A stretch of 64,000 bases of DNA from Eledone cirrhosa (Eukaryota), in the NCBI GenBank assembly GCA_964016885.1, contig OZ024740.1, positions 339,388,001 to 339,452,000 on the forward strand, in the 5' to 3' direction. Below the pieces are notes generated by a model, which saw only the letters and a program-made list of their open reading frames with translations, ran no database searches and was not told the DNA's origin. Numbering within the stretch: the first letter of the stretch is position 1; each line of letters starts with the position of its first letter. Both the position numbers and the translations under genes were made by a program. Of the stretch, positions 25,934-41,108 are shown one piece after another.

Positions 25934-27669
25934 ATCATCATCATCATCAACGTTTAACGTCCGTGTTCCACGCTTGCATGGGTTTGGACGGGGGTTTTCC
26001 CACTTGAGGCAAGAGTGATTGTCTTGCTCGCATAGGACTGTCTGGAGGGTTTTCTACAGCTGGATGCCCTTCCTAACACCAACCACATTTACAGTGTGGG
26101 GCTGGGAGGTTTTTACCGTGTTGCCTACATGGCCACATTACAGCGTGGACTGTGTGTTTTTTGTTGTGACACCTACACGATCTCATTTATTTCGGCCTGG
26201 ATGTTGTGGCACCAACATAACTTTACATTGAAAGGGGCGGTGTGGATCGGGTGGGGGGGGGGGTGTATTTTGTTAGAGGTGCCTACTGACTGTAGTAGGT
26301 TTTACTTTGTATTTAGGTAAGGCGGGTCTTCTCTATTACTGAGTACCGCTAAAGGTCTCGGTCCAGTGACATTGTCTTGGAGAGGTGTAAGTGTGTGAGG
26401 TCGGAATTTATCAGCTCGTCCCTGGTTTTTCAGGGTCTGCCTACTCCGTAGCTACCGTCTATCTTTATTGCCCTGCACTTTGTTATACAGATGTCGTCTT
26501 TCATGCGCATCACGTGCCCATACCAACGTAGCCTTCTATCGAGTAAACAACATCTGATCCCTCTTATTTCTAATTTTTTCCTTAGTTCGCTTATGCTTTG
26601 CCATTCACGTATGTTACTATTACACATCCAGCGGAGCATGCAAGCTTCGTTCCTCTCTAGTCTGCGTATATCCTCTGCACACAATGCCCAGGTCTCACTG
26701 CCATGCAACATTGCTGTTCGTATGCAGGCATCATACAACTTGCCTTTCATTTTTAGGGAGAACCCTTTAGTGGCTAATAGTGGTATAAGCTCTCTGAACT
26801 TTTTCCATCCAGTTCTGACTCTAGCTACTGTACTTTCAGAGCACCCTCCCCCACTGCTGATTTTGTCACCCAGGTAACGGAAGCTGTCCACTATTTCTAT
26901 AGAACCCTCTGCGCAATTGAAAGAGCTAGTATTCCATGGGCACTTACTGCTACTTATTGCACCAGAGCACCGGCCACATGTAAAAATCTATGTTCTTAGT
27001 TAGCTTACCTGTGATCCCACTACATCTTTTATGCACCCATACTTTGCATTTGGGACATAAAATGGAGTTTCTACCTACGCATTTCCTACACACTGAGCAT
27101 GGCCATTTCCCAGAAGGGACCATCGCCTTATTTTATTTCCTACAAACTAGAACTTTAGTCTTAGCCAGGTTAATTTTAAGGCCTTTTGATTCTAGGCCGT
27201 GCTTCCATGTTTGGAATTTCTTCTCTAGCTCGGCCATTGATTCAGCTATGAGCGTTAGATCATCTGCGTATAGGAGTTCCCATGGGCAGCCGGTCTTGAA
27301 CTCCACTGTTATAACCTGAAGGGCAATAATAAATAGTAGGGGGCTAAGAACAGAGCCCTGATGAACACCAACTTTTACACTAAACTCTTCACTATATTCG
27401 TTGTTAATTCTAACCTTGCTGACTGTTTCTTTATACATGGCTTGTATTCCTAGTTTTCTAAGAGCCCACCAGATAATGGAACGGGGGACTCTGTCGAAGG
27501 CTTTCTCCAAGTCAACAAAAGCTAAGTATAGGGGTTTACTTTTAGCTAGGTACTTCTCCTGTAGTTGTCATACAATGAAAAGGGCGTCTGTGGTACTTTT
27601 GCCTGACACAAAACCGAACTGCATTTCATCTAGATCAATTCTCTCTCTGATTAGTTGCGCTATAACTGT
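25934..27669 (-). mobile_element. RTE LINE lineage B, truncated and disrupted
   Basis: ORFs 27133-27510 and 26430-26891 match the 17585 ORF; small deletion removes VDEWLVRA; (ATC)n tail at left. Confidence 0.95.
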
Positions 27670-27894
27670 ATATATATATATATAGACAGAGATTTTGAGT
27701 TTATGTTGGTTGTATACCAACACCTCAGTATGCAGGCTGGAGCACTCGACGAAGTGCGCAGGTTGGTTTGGTTACTCCGGAGTAGTGTAAAATAAAGTTA
27801 AATAAAAGTCAAATGATTAAAATTTAGCTTCGTTTATTACTGCTATATATATTTCAGTGACATATATATGTATATATATATGTATATATATATG

Positions 27895-27925
<31 letters not shown>

Positions 27926-27934
27926 GTATATGTA

Positions 27935-27983
<49 letters not shown>

Positions 27984-27998
27984 GTATATGTATATATG

Positions 27999-28129
<131 letters not shown>

Positions 28130-28526
28130 GTAAAAGTTCTATTTAAATTGTTGGGATACAACAAGCAAATATTTTTATAACCGATATAAAGCACTCAACA
28201 AATATTTGGAGTAAAAATACGATATTAACAAATGAAAACTATATTTATAAAACCATATTTATTTCATTATACATATTTCAAGGACACCAAGTTAAATTAT
28301 GGTGTGCTTTCATCAGATATAAAATACAATATAGATCAGTTTTATGAATAAATATTGACATACCCTTAAAAAATGCAACCATTACTGTTGGAATTTATTT
28401 ATAAAACTGATCTATATTGTATTTTATCTGATGAAAGCACACCATAATTTAACTTGGTGTCCTTGAAATATGTATAATGAAATAAATATGGTTTTATAAA
28501 TATAGTTCCCATTTGTTAATATTGTA
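28130..28526. mobile_element. PLE-type pseudo-LTR with ~134-bp inverted arms, each carrying a hammerhead
   Basis: Arms ~28218-28352 and ~28394-28526; same family as 12055-12450. Confidence 0.8.
28420..28484 (+). ncRNA. Type I hammerhead ribozyme (mirror on - strand at ~28260-28326)
   Basis: TATTTTAT/ATGAAATA stem I; CTGATGA 28428-28434; stem II AAG.ACACCA-loop-TGGTGT.CTT; GAAA 28465-28468; TATGTA TA. Confidence 0.85.
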
Positions 28527-28542
28527 TATATATATTTATATA

Positions 28543-28637
<95 letters not shown>

Positions 28638-28699
28638 GTGTATATATATATATATATGTATATATATATGTATATATGTATATATGTATATATATATAT

Positions 28700-29185
28700 G
28701 TAGATGGAAACCGCGGAGTGGGGAGACCCAAGATGACCTGGGATGAGGTGATAAAAGCCGACCTTACCCAATTACACCTCTCAAAGGCACACGACCGTGA
28801 CCTCTGGCGTCACGCAGTAATACAGAGTACCCGACCTCCCATGGGTACAAGCTGAAGCATATAGACAATATGCCCCCACACCCCCCACTGCAAGGTGGTC
28901 GTGGAGGTGCCACGGCAAAAAAGCACCCAGCCCACACTGTAAAGTGAACGTGTAGGCGCCACGAAAAAGCACCTAACACTTACTGTAAATGAGGTTGGTG
29001 TTAGGAAGGGCATCCAGCTGTAGAAATCAAGCCAAATCAGTTCCTGTATGAGCAGTTCCTGTATGAGCAGTTCCTGTATGAGCAAGGCATGGTCAGCCGA
29101 CCAGACACTGCCCACAACAGGACGACCCGTCTAACCCATGCTAGCGTGGAAGAACGGACGTAAAACGGTGATGATGATGATGATG

Positions 29186-29186
<1 letters not shown>
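28700..29186 (+). mobile_element. RTE lineage A 3' fragment with 15-bp triplication in UTR
   Basis: [21 protein letters not shown]; CAGTTCCTGTATGAG x3 at ~29038-29082; (GAT)n tail. Confidence 0.93.
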
Positions 29187-29230
<44 letters not shown>

Positions 29231-29233
<3 letters not shown>

Positions 29234-29612
29234 CAAGATCCGGTGGTGGAGAGAGAGATGTAAGTGGTGTACGTTGAGATGCGTGGTGTGTATAAGACGT
29301 GTAGAGGAATGAAGGGAAGAGTATAAAGGATAAAATAAAAATAACAACACGAGAGAGAGTTACCTTGGGAGAGATTTAATTGTCCCTATATATTTCGGAT
29401 ACACATCCATCAACTGGGGCTTTTTTCCGGGGTGGGGGAAAGGTTGTCTGTCGGAAAGGTACGAAACGCGTCCTCCGCTGTTTGTTGTTTTGAATATCTG
29501 AGGTATTCAGCAGAGCGCGCGTGCGCGTGAAATGGGGTCGGTCGGGCAGAGGTCAGCGGCCGAATGTAGGAGTGGAGTGGCGCTAGCTGTCAGTCCATTC
29601 TCTGCCTGTTTG
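29231..29612 (-). mobile_element. Probable PLE pseudo-LTR fragment with degenerate minimal hammerhead (~29382-29419)
   Basis: - strand CCC CAGTTGA T GGAT-GTGT-ATCC GAAA TATA TA GGG (2 core mismatches); flanked by (TA)n. Confidence 0.5.
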
Positions 29613-29701
29613 TTATATATATATGTATATATATGTGTATATATATATGTATATATATATATGTATATATATATGTATATATATATATATGTATATATAT
29701 G

Positions 29702-29732
<31 letters not shown>

Positions 29733-29743
29733 GTATATATATG

Positions 29744-29774
<31 letters not shown>

Positions 29775-30101
29775 GTATCTATATATATGTATATATATAT
29801 ATATATGTATATATATGTATATATATATATGTATATATATATATCTATATATATGTATCTATATATATGTATCTATATATATGTATCTATATATATGTAT
29901 CTATATATATGTATCTATATATATGTATATGTATATATATATGTATATATATATATATGTATATATATATATGTATATATATATATGTATATATATATAT
30001 GTATATATATATATGTATATATATACATGTATATATATATATATGTATATATATATATGTATATATATATATGTATATATATACATGTATATACATACAT
30101 G

Positions 30102-30245
<144 letters not shown>

Positions 30246-30249
30246 TATA

Positions 30250-31268
<1,019 letters not shown>

Positions 31269-31277
31269 GTATATATG

Positions 31278-31378
<101 letters not shown>

Positions 31379-31415
31379 GTATATATATATGTATATATAT
31401 ATATATATGTATATA

Positions 31416-31468
<53 letters not shown>

Positions 31469-31477
31469 GTATATATG

Positions 31478-31560
<83 letters not shown>

Positions 31561-31569
31561 GTATATATG

Positions 31570-31762
<193 letters not shown>

Positions 31763-31793
31763 GTGTATATATATATATATACATATATATACA

Positions 31794-32134
31794 GGAGGCA
31801 CATGGCTTAGTGGTTAGAGCATCGGCCTTGCAATCGAAAGGTTGTGAGTTCAATTCTCAGACCGGGTGATGTGTTGTTTCCTTGAGCAAGACGCTTTATT
31901 TCACATTGCTCCAGTTTACTCAGCTGTAGAAATGAGATGATAGGGACTGGGGTCCATATCATTCCACTGCAAAGTGGTCGTGCAGGTGCCACGGCAAAAA
32001 AGCACCCAGCACTCACTGTAAATGAGGTTGGTGTTAGGAAGGGCATCCAGCTGTAGAAATCAAGCCAGAATCAGTTCCCGTCCCACCCTTGCAAGCAGGG
32101 AAAAAGTGGACGTTAAATGAAATGATGATGAATG

Positions 32135-32138
<4 letters not shown>
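31794..32138 (+). mobile_element. tRNA-derived SINE family 2 with RTE-derived tail
   Basis: A box TGGCTTAGTGG, B box GAGTTCAATTC, core CCTTGAGCAAGACGCTTTATTTCAC, RTE 3'UTR tail, (GAT)n; copies at 48689-49012, 61950-62090 and 34050-34228 (-). Confidence 0.88.
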
Positions 32139-32203
<65 letters not shown>

Positions 32204-32292
32204 GTATATATATATATGTATATATATATATATGTATATATATGTATATATATATATGTATATATGTATATATATATATATGTATATATATG

Positions 32293-32323
<31 letters not shown>

Positions 32324-32334
32324 GTATATATATG

Positions 32335-32410
<76 letters not shown>

Positions 32411-32412
32411 TG

Positions 32413-33258
32413 TATTGTTATACTTGGGGAGGGTCATATTTGTGTAATATTGCCAGAATTAATAACAGAACACACTCACTGTTTGGTTGGTTTTCGCTTC
32501 TCGCTGTCTTTTATATCTGTAATCTAACTTATGTTGCCATTGACTGACCGACGGTCAAAAATAATACAGATACAATATAGACACAAACACATATATATAG
32601 TTTACATAAATCTTTCGTTGCACATCTGCAATATCGTCAGTGGTGTTATATTTTCCTCCTGTTGTGTTGTATGTCTACGCCATTTTTTATTCAGTCTGTC
32701 TATATATTTATTTATTTATTTGCTTGTTTGTTTATTTTATTTTGTCTTCTTTGCGCATGCGTTTGCGTGTGTGTATAGTGCTATGTTTGCTGTGTGATGG
32801 GTGACTAGTGTGTGTTTATGTGCTTGTTGTTATTGTGCTTGTGTATGTATTTATTTATCTTATTTTATTTACTTAGTTATACTTCTCTTAGGTCAGTGTT
32901 GTTTGTTTGGGTGTTGTTGTTATTCCACTCATTCTTTCTGTTTAGCTTTGGTCTTCTAATTTCTATTTCACTGGCCTCTCTGATTTGTCTATCTGCTGGG
33001 TCATTTCTATGTTTAGATATTATTCTAATTTCTATGTTGTCTATGTTACCGTCATGTTGTTGTCTAGCATGTTCATATAGTACTGACCCGTTTTTTTCGT
33101 CCTTTTAGTTCCCTCCAGTGTTGGTCTATCCTTTCACCTATGCTACGAGCTGTCTCACCTATGTATGTTGTTGTCATGTTTCTGCAAGTACCCTCTGTAC
33201 ATCTGATGCTATAGACTACGTTTCTAGTTTTACAGTTTATCCGGGGGTTCACCTTACA
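32413..33258 (-). mobile_element. 5'-truncated Penelope-like element: GIY-YIG domain, 3'UTR and hammerhead-bearing pseudo-LTR
   Basis: EN coding at 32877-33258; - strand CTGACGA TA TTGCA-GATG-TGCAA C GAAA GATT TA at ~32595-32643; pLTR homologous to 48172-48628; TA-flanked. Confidence 0.85.
32877..33258 (-). pseudogene. GIY-YIG endonuclease domain (one frameshift in an A run near 33095)
   Basis: Manual translation: [48 protein letters not shown] / GSVLYEHARQQH..DPADRQIREASEIEIRRPKLNRKNEW. Confidence 0.88.
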
Positions 33259-33494
33259 TATGTTTATATATATATATGTATATATATATATATGTATATG
33301 TTTATATATATATATATGTATATGTTTATATATATATGTATATGTTTATATATATGTATATGTTTATATATGTATATGTATATGTTTATATATATATATA
33401 TGTATATATATATGTATATGTATATGTTTATATATATATATGTATATGTATATATATATGTGTATATATATATATATATGTGTATATGTATATG

Positions 33495-33525
<31 letters not shown>

Positions 33526-33687
33526 GTGTATATGTATATGTATATATATATATATATGTATATATATATGTATATGTATATATATAGATATGTATATGTA
33601 TATATATATATATGTATATATATGTATATGTATATATATGTATATGTATATATATGTATATGTATATGTGTATATATATATATGTAT

Positions 33688-33721
<34 letters not shown>

Positions 33722-33731
33722 GTATATGTGT

Positions 33732-33765
<34 letters not shown>

Positions 33766-33779
33766 ATATGTATATGTGT

Positions 33780-33829
<50 letters not shown>

Positions 33830-34049
33830 GTATATGTATATATATATATATGTATATGTATATATATACATATACATATATATATATGTATATGTATATA
33901 TATGTATATGTATATGTGTATGTGTATATATATATATGTATATGTATATATATGTATATGTATATATGTATATGTATATGTGTATATGTATATGTATATA
34001 TATATATGTATATGTGTATATATATATATATGTATATGTATATATATAT

Positions 34050-34228
34050 TCCTAACGATCGACTTTCGTCAAATCGAACTATCTATCGGTCGCAACTCCA
34101 GGTAGAAGGAGCAACGTGAAATAAAGTGTCTTGCTCAAGGACATAACGCATCGCCCGGTCCAGGAATCGAACTCACAACCTCACGATTGAGAATCCAGTT
34201 CTCTAACCACTCGGCCACACGCCTTCAC
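34050..34228 (-). mobile_element. SINE family 2 relative (head and core)
   Basis: Reverse complement of GGCGTGTGGCCGAGTGGTTAGAG..GAGTTCGATTCC..CCTTGAGCAAGACACTTTATTTCACG. Confidence 0.85.
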
Positions 34229-34553
34229 GTATATATATATATATGTATATATATATTTATATGTATATATATATATATGTATATATATATGTATATGTAT
34301 ATGTATATATATATGTATATGTATATATATATGTATATGTATATGTATATATATATATATATGTATATGTTTATATATGTATATATATATATATGTATAT
34401 GTATATATATATGTATATGTATATATATATGTATATGTATATTTATATGTATATATATATATATGTATATGTTTATATATGTATATATATATATATATGT
34501 ATATGTATATATATATGTATATGTATATATATATGTATATGTATATTTATATG

Positions 34554-34584
<31 letters not shown>

Positions 34585-34682
34585 GTATATATATATATAT
34601 ATGTATTTGTATATATATATATATATATGTATATGTATATATGTATATGTATATATATATGTATATGTATATATATATGTAT

Positions 34683-34849
<167 letters not shown>

Positions 34850-34908
34850 TACACACATACATTTATATAATCATCATCATCATATCTTTTTTTATTAAGG
34901 CCAAGAGA

Positions 34909-34965
34909 GAGTCCTGTTATTGTGGAGTTTCACTTGTATAATAACAAGGTTTTCAGACAAGACTC
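34909..34965 (-). ncRNA. Degenerate hammerhead ribozyme in PLE-type pLTR remnant (~34888-35040)
   Basis: Stem I GAGTCTTGT/ACAGGACTC; CTGAAAA (G8 mutated); stem II CTTGT-TATTAT-ACAAG; GAAA; older relative at ~52795-52955. Confidence 0.6.
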
Positions 34966-35132
34966 AAACTTGGCCCGGATAAATAAATATTAATCTCAAC
35001 TATGGTATTGAGTACTCATTCTCAAGACTGTCAGTACTAAGAGGACATAAAATAAAGTACCAGTAATACACTGGAATAATTGTTGGCCTTGTGCCAATAG
35101 TAGAAACAATTTTATTATATATATCTGTATAA

Positions 35133-35327
35133 TTGGCGGTGGATTGGCAGTATTGGTAGAGGGTCGGATGCCATGCTTTGATGCATAGAGTTACGGCCCT
35201 TGCCATTCTGAGTTCAAATCCCGCCGAGGTTAACTTTGCCTTTCATCCTTACGGGGTCGATAAAATAAAGTACCAGTAATGCACTCGGTAATTGCTGGCC
35301 TTGTGCTAAAAATGTAGAAACAATTAT
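35133..35327 (+). mobile_element. SINE family 1, full length
   Basis: GGCGGTGGATTGGCAG head, GAGTTCAAATCCC B box, core and tail; extra tail copy at ~35047-35112. Confidence 0.9.
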
Positions 35328-35355
35328 ATTATATATATCTGTGAATGTATGTATA

Positions 35356-35387
<32 letters not shown>

Positions 35388-35389
<2 letters not shown>

Positions 35390-35526
35390 ACGAAGGAAAT
35401 GTGGTAAGGAACCAGGTGGACCATAACGCACCAAAGTACTCAATACTTAGGGTAGTAGAGTGGGTAAGATAGTCCAGAATTAGCCGTCAAAACGGCTTGA
35501 GCTCAGCCGTCGGGATCCTACTCGTT

Positions 35527-35530
<4 letters not shown>
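35388..35530. mobile_element. Rearranged pLTR remnant of the 44765-44967 family
   Basis: 35388-35467 matches the reverse complement of 44890-44967; 35472-35530 is the 3' half of the hammerhead (AAAACGGC TTGAGCTCA GCCGTC GGG). Confidence 0.7.
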
Positions 35531-35623
<93 letters not shown>

Positions 35624-35625
35624 GG

Positions 35626-35663
<38 letters not shown>

Positions 35664-36176
35664 GGGTGTGTGTCACAATGTCTCTCTCTTTTTGTCATTA
35701 AATTACAGTTAATGTATTCTTTAGACCATTTTACAAATTAACAAAGTTTCACTGTTGAGATTACCAACAAAATTTCTAATGCATTGTTTACAATTATCTC
35801 TGATTGAATTATTGTTGCATTTAAGTTTAGTGACGAAGAGAAGCTGTGTGAATGTTAGAATTAATCTAAAGAAGAAAAACACATGTTTCATAGAAAAATT
35901 CCACCATTCTACTTGTTTTGCAGGTTTGATGATGTGTTCTTGTTCTTCTGCCTTTTTTATTTCCTACCATTTGCAGCAATCTAATTTGAATTTTACTGAT
36001 TGATTGCAAAATTACTTGAGTCATTTGCTCTCTTTAGTTTTCTCTTCAGGTTTTTACTGTTTAACTGTGCTAAATAATTATTTCTAACATCGGCACAAGG
36101 TCAGCAATTTTAGGGGAGGGAGAAGTCAATTATATTGGCCCCGGTACTTTACTTTATTGACTTTAATCCTTTAGAA

Positions 36177-36828
36177 TTTACATTACTCTATATATACTAT
36201 TATATTTCCATGGTAAAGGCTTTACTTCACATAGTTATCTCACATAACATTTATATTACTCTATATATACTATTATATTTCCATGGTAAAGGCTTTACTT
36301 CACATAGTTATCTCAAATAACATTTATATTACTCTATATATACTATAATATTTTCATGGTAAAGGCTTTACTTCACATAGTTATCTCACATAACATTTAC
36401 ATTACTCTATATTTACTATAATATTTCCATGGTAAAGGCTTTACTTCACATAGTTATCTCAAATAACATTTATATTACTCTATATATACTATAATATTTT
36501 CATGGTAAAGGCTTTACTTCACATAGTTATCTCACATAACATTTACATTACTCTATATTTACTATAATATTTCCATGGTAAAGGCTTTACTTCACATAGT
36601 TATCTCACATAACATTTACATTACTCTATATTTACTATAATATTTCCATGGTAAAGGCTTTACTTCACATAGTTATCTCACATAACATTTACATTACTCT
36701 ATATTTACTATAATATTTTCATGGTAAAGGCTTTACTTCACATAGTTATCTCACATAACATTTACATTACTCTATATTTACTATAATATTTCCATGGTAA
36801 AAGCCTCACATAATTATCTCACATAATA
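36177..36828. repeat. 73-bp minisatellite, ~9 copies
   Basis: Unit ATTACTCTATATWTACTATWATATTTYCATGGTAAAGGCTTTACTTCACATAGTTATCTCAMATAACATTTAY; starts at 36181, 36254, 36327... Confidence 0.97.
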
Positions 36829-37091
36829 TCGAATCTACAAGATTTTGATATTATTTATTTTGAGAACAATACCTTAACATCAGTATGTGTGGCCAGTTAC
36901 AGCTGGTTTGAACAGAAAGAGGTGAGAGAATTCTGGCTGGATATGGCTGGTTTAAATGCTAAAGGGTTAAAGGGATGAAAAGCAAAGTTGACCTCGGCAG
37001 GATTTGAACTCAGAATGTAAAGAAGAAGAGATGTAGTTTGTCTGACACTCTAACATCTCTGCCAATCCACTACTCCCATTGCTAAATAAAT

Positions 37092-37236
37092 AATTGTTTC
37101 TACTTTAGGCACAAGGCCAGCAATTACCCAGTGCATTACTGGTACTTTATTTTATCGACCCCGTAAGGATGAAAGGCAAAGTCAACCTCGGCGGGATTTG
37201 AACTCAGATCGTAAAGGGTCGTAACTATGCTGGAAT
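37092..37236 (-). mobile_element. SINE family 1, 5'-truncated, with apparent target-site duplication
   Basis: TGCTAAATAA(A)TAAT on both sides (~37080 and ~37237). Confidence 0.8.
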
Positions 37237-38469
37237 GCTAAATAAATAATGATCTTATTTTGTACTTTCTAATAAAATAGGTCTAGTCCTGCAGCTATCT
37301 GGTATATTTCTACTACTACTTGTATTTTGGTTTATCATCATAATTATCATATTCATCTTCATCATCTTTATGATCATCATCGACTTTATCATTATTATCC
37401 CCTACATTTAACATCCGTTTTTCCATGTTGACATAGGATGGATGGGTCCTTACAGACGAAGTCTGTACTTAATTGGAGTGACTGTCAAAGATGGATTAGA
37501 GGGACCAGGTCTTACTCAATATATACCACAGAAGTTGAACTCAGCTAAACAATTAGTTTACTGTATATATATTTTTCAGTGTGTTGTTGCTACCATGCAC
37601 TAGCACCTGTTTACAGCTAGCTGGACTGGGCTATTTGAAAGTTAAGTGCCTTTGTCGTAGACATAATACAATGTTACTTCCAAGGTATGAACCACTAACC
37701 TTTCAGCTGGTTATTTAATGCCATATTATCCACTCAGCTACCTATGTTCACCTCACATGTTAAATGACAAGTGAAATCAACTGTTGCAAGATTTCCACCT
37801 AAGATTGTTAGTCCATGAAACATTGATCACTGATCAATAGCTGTCTGTTCCTCTAAAGTCTGTAAGGTCTTGAAATGATTGAAATAGACTTTTTTAATCT
37901 CCAACGATGCAGAAAGTTCTTACTTCTAACATTTAAAAGATCACCTTAACATTCTTAGCAACTATTGATACAAGATTTTCAATCTCTAAATTAGACAAAG
38001 CATTAAAACTTCTCTCGAATAAGGCCTGTGCGTTGAACCTATCAGATCAGTATTCTGAGCCACAGGATGTTTGACTATATCCCACCAGTCCAGTATTCCA
38101 TTTTGCCGTGCACTTCTGTTTATTGCTTGTTATTTGTACTGCTTTCTAGAAAGGAAGCTATACTCAAACTGGTTATCTAGTATAAATACTTGCAACAGAG
38201 TGGACTCTGCTAAAGGCACCCAAAGGGCCAGGTGTTGCTGTTAAATCAGACATGACCCCTGCCCTCTTTTCCTTTGTCCACTATTCCAGCTACTTCTTCT
38301 TCCACATTCCTGTAATGGATAGAAAGACTGAAATACACAACCATATGAAAAGAAGTCACTTGGCCTTTTATATAGAAGATATAGGAAGAACATAAAACAT
38401 CCATTCATTACTTCTCTTCTTTCTCTTCTACTTCCCTATTTTAGATTCTCTCTCGCTCTCCTTTTGTCA

Positions 38470-38520
<51 letters not shown>

Positions 38521-40020
38521 GCCGTCTCTCCCCCCCCCTCTCTCTCTCTCCTTTTGCCGTTACTTTCACTCTTTCTCTCTCCTTAGTGCTACCTGTCAAA
38601 TACACATATCATTCATGTATGGTTTGGAAATTCTCTACAGAGAAACATCAAATATATTCAGTCAAATTATGCCTATCAAAAAATAAAATAGAATTACTAT
38701 GTGAGACTGACATGCTATTAAAGACCTACACAGTAGAGAGCAGATAAAGCAATAGGATGTACAGACCAGACTTATAACTACAACAACAATAATAATAACA
38801 TTATAGCGTGTTAGATTTATTAAGTGGTGTTAAAACCTATATTGTGAAAATCATTTTCAGAGGTCAGTTATTAAAAATTTGGAGGAAGAGAAATCAAGGA
38901 AGCAAATATGGAATAAAAAGAAAAAAGAGAAAAGGAGAAATGAAAGAAAATTATCATTTTTATTTTATTTTATTTGTTTATTTTTGTCCAATGATGATTA
39001 GCTGAGGGTGTTGAATCAATTATTCTATTCTCTGTTCTAAATCCCATCCAATGCCATGAAATGTCATGAAATTATTGGTTTAGTATTTTTATATTCTAGT
39101 TTCTGACACTAACTGGGATTACGGTGTCACAACCACACACGCACACAACACTGACCAACCAAACCTAACTTTTCATGTTAGCAACTTTTTACAAAAGAAT
39201 CATAACTGTTGCATTATGCAACCTTTCACATTTCATGATGGGCTGCTATCATTTGATACTACTTTACCAAAGCTCATCATTTTACAAAAGCGACATTGTA
39301 TGTGTGTGTGTAATGTGTATATATGTGTATTTATGTATGTGTATATATATATTTATATATATATAGTCTTCAACATTCAAGCTCTCTTCGGATTTGCATA
39401 ATTATGGAATGACTGAAGCAGAAGATATATATCTAACAATTCATAGTTATTGCTGTATAATTTATTGAACTGCAAATATGACTAAGAGGCAAGCTCACAA
39501 AAATAGTCCCATCTTTTCTACTTGATAACTATTCATACTCACAAGACTCATACATATTTCTCAATCTGTTTTGTATTCGATGTTCTGTAGTGACTATATT
39601 ATACAATATTATAAAGGCTTGAGAAGAGAGTGAAAATGTCAAAAGTGATCATACTCTTTAACATCACCATCTTTTTATTTTGTTTTGTTTGTGAAGTTTA
39701 CCAGTTTCAAACTAAACACATTTTGATTATTAACTTTAAAGATTATTTAGTATTTTTAATGAAATGACAAATGATATTTAATCAAGAATTATTAATTTGG
39801 TACTAACATCAAGTTAATATTTAGATTAAGGAATTATTGGAATTTATATTATATAATATAACATAGGAAGACGTATGTGTAGCAGTGTTATTAAAAATGT
39901 TACTTCACAACCCTATAGTTTCAGGTTCTATTTAACTGTATGACACCTTAGCAAGTGTCTGACAAATGACTTGTGAAGGAATTTGATAGACAGAAGCTAT
40001 AAGGAAGTCTATCATATATA

Positions 40021-40109
40021 CAGGGTGTCCCCATAAAATGAATACACACTTTCATTACCTGTACAGGCAATATTTATTAGAATGATGTATACTTTTTGGG
40101 GGATGCCCT
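40021..40109. mobile_element. Tc1/mariner-type MITE
   Basis: TA-flanked imperfect TIRs CAGGGTGTCCCCATAAAA..TAC / GTATACTTTTTGGGGGATGCCCTG. Confidence 0.65.
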
Positions 40110-41108
40110 GTATATATATATATATATATGCATGTATTGTGTGTGTCTTTGATTTTCATTTCATATCATGAGCACAATTGATGTTTCTTTTTAGATTCTT
40201 CAACAGAAGTCTCATGACTCAATGGTTTTGACATGTGAAGATAAATATTTTACTTAAAAGACAAATGAGTCAGGAAGGGCATCTGGCCTAAGAAAACCTA
40301 TCTTAAAAAATGCTATCCAACCCATGCCACCAACATAAACAAACGTAATAATGATGACCATGATGATTGGAAAACACACATGTACTATACATGCACCTTT
40401 GATGAGTTGTAGTGCACCTGAGCACTGTACAAAATAATTTCATTATTATTATAAGAAACTCTACTAGAATTACATCAAATAGAAAGTTATTTAATTATCT
40501 ATAGTAACATTCTTTACATGTTGAAAGTCATCACAGCAATGTAATCAGAAAATAGTTAGAAAAATTTAACCATTCTTTTTTTCAAAGATGTTTCTCTCAC
40601 AATTTTTATTACTGGTTATGTCATGGGAGATGACACAGATTCTGGTAGTACATGTTCAATAAGTAAAACATCATTTCATATTTTTCTTTTATTCTTTTAC
40701 TGATACCAGTCATGAGGCAACAGTTATGCTAAGGCACTGTCTTAAAGGGAATTTTATCTAATCACTTTGATGCCCCCACCCCAGTACTTAAAGTTTACAA
40801 GTCTGGTATTTATATTATTGATCTCATTGTTGAACTGCTAAAATATGGGACAGAGACAAATGTAAATGCAGGTATAGACACACGCACCCACAGGGTGTCT
40901 CAAACATCGCTATCTTTTCTGAATAGCAATAACTACATCGAAACCTTTGAGACATGCAATATATACATACACATTCAACCCTTGCTAGCAGGGAAAGCAG
41001 ACGTCAAAATGACAATGATAACAATGATGATACATACATATATCATCATCATCATCATCATCATTTTAACATCTGCTTTCCCTGTTAGCAACTGAGAATA
41101 TATATATA

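Noticed and set aside
31794-31866. tRNA gene
   Set aside because: A/B boxes are present but there is no acceptor stem closure, and it continues into a SINE core and tail in multiple copies
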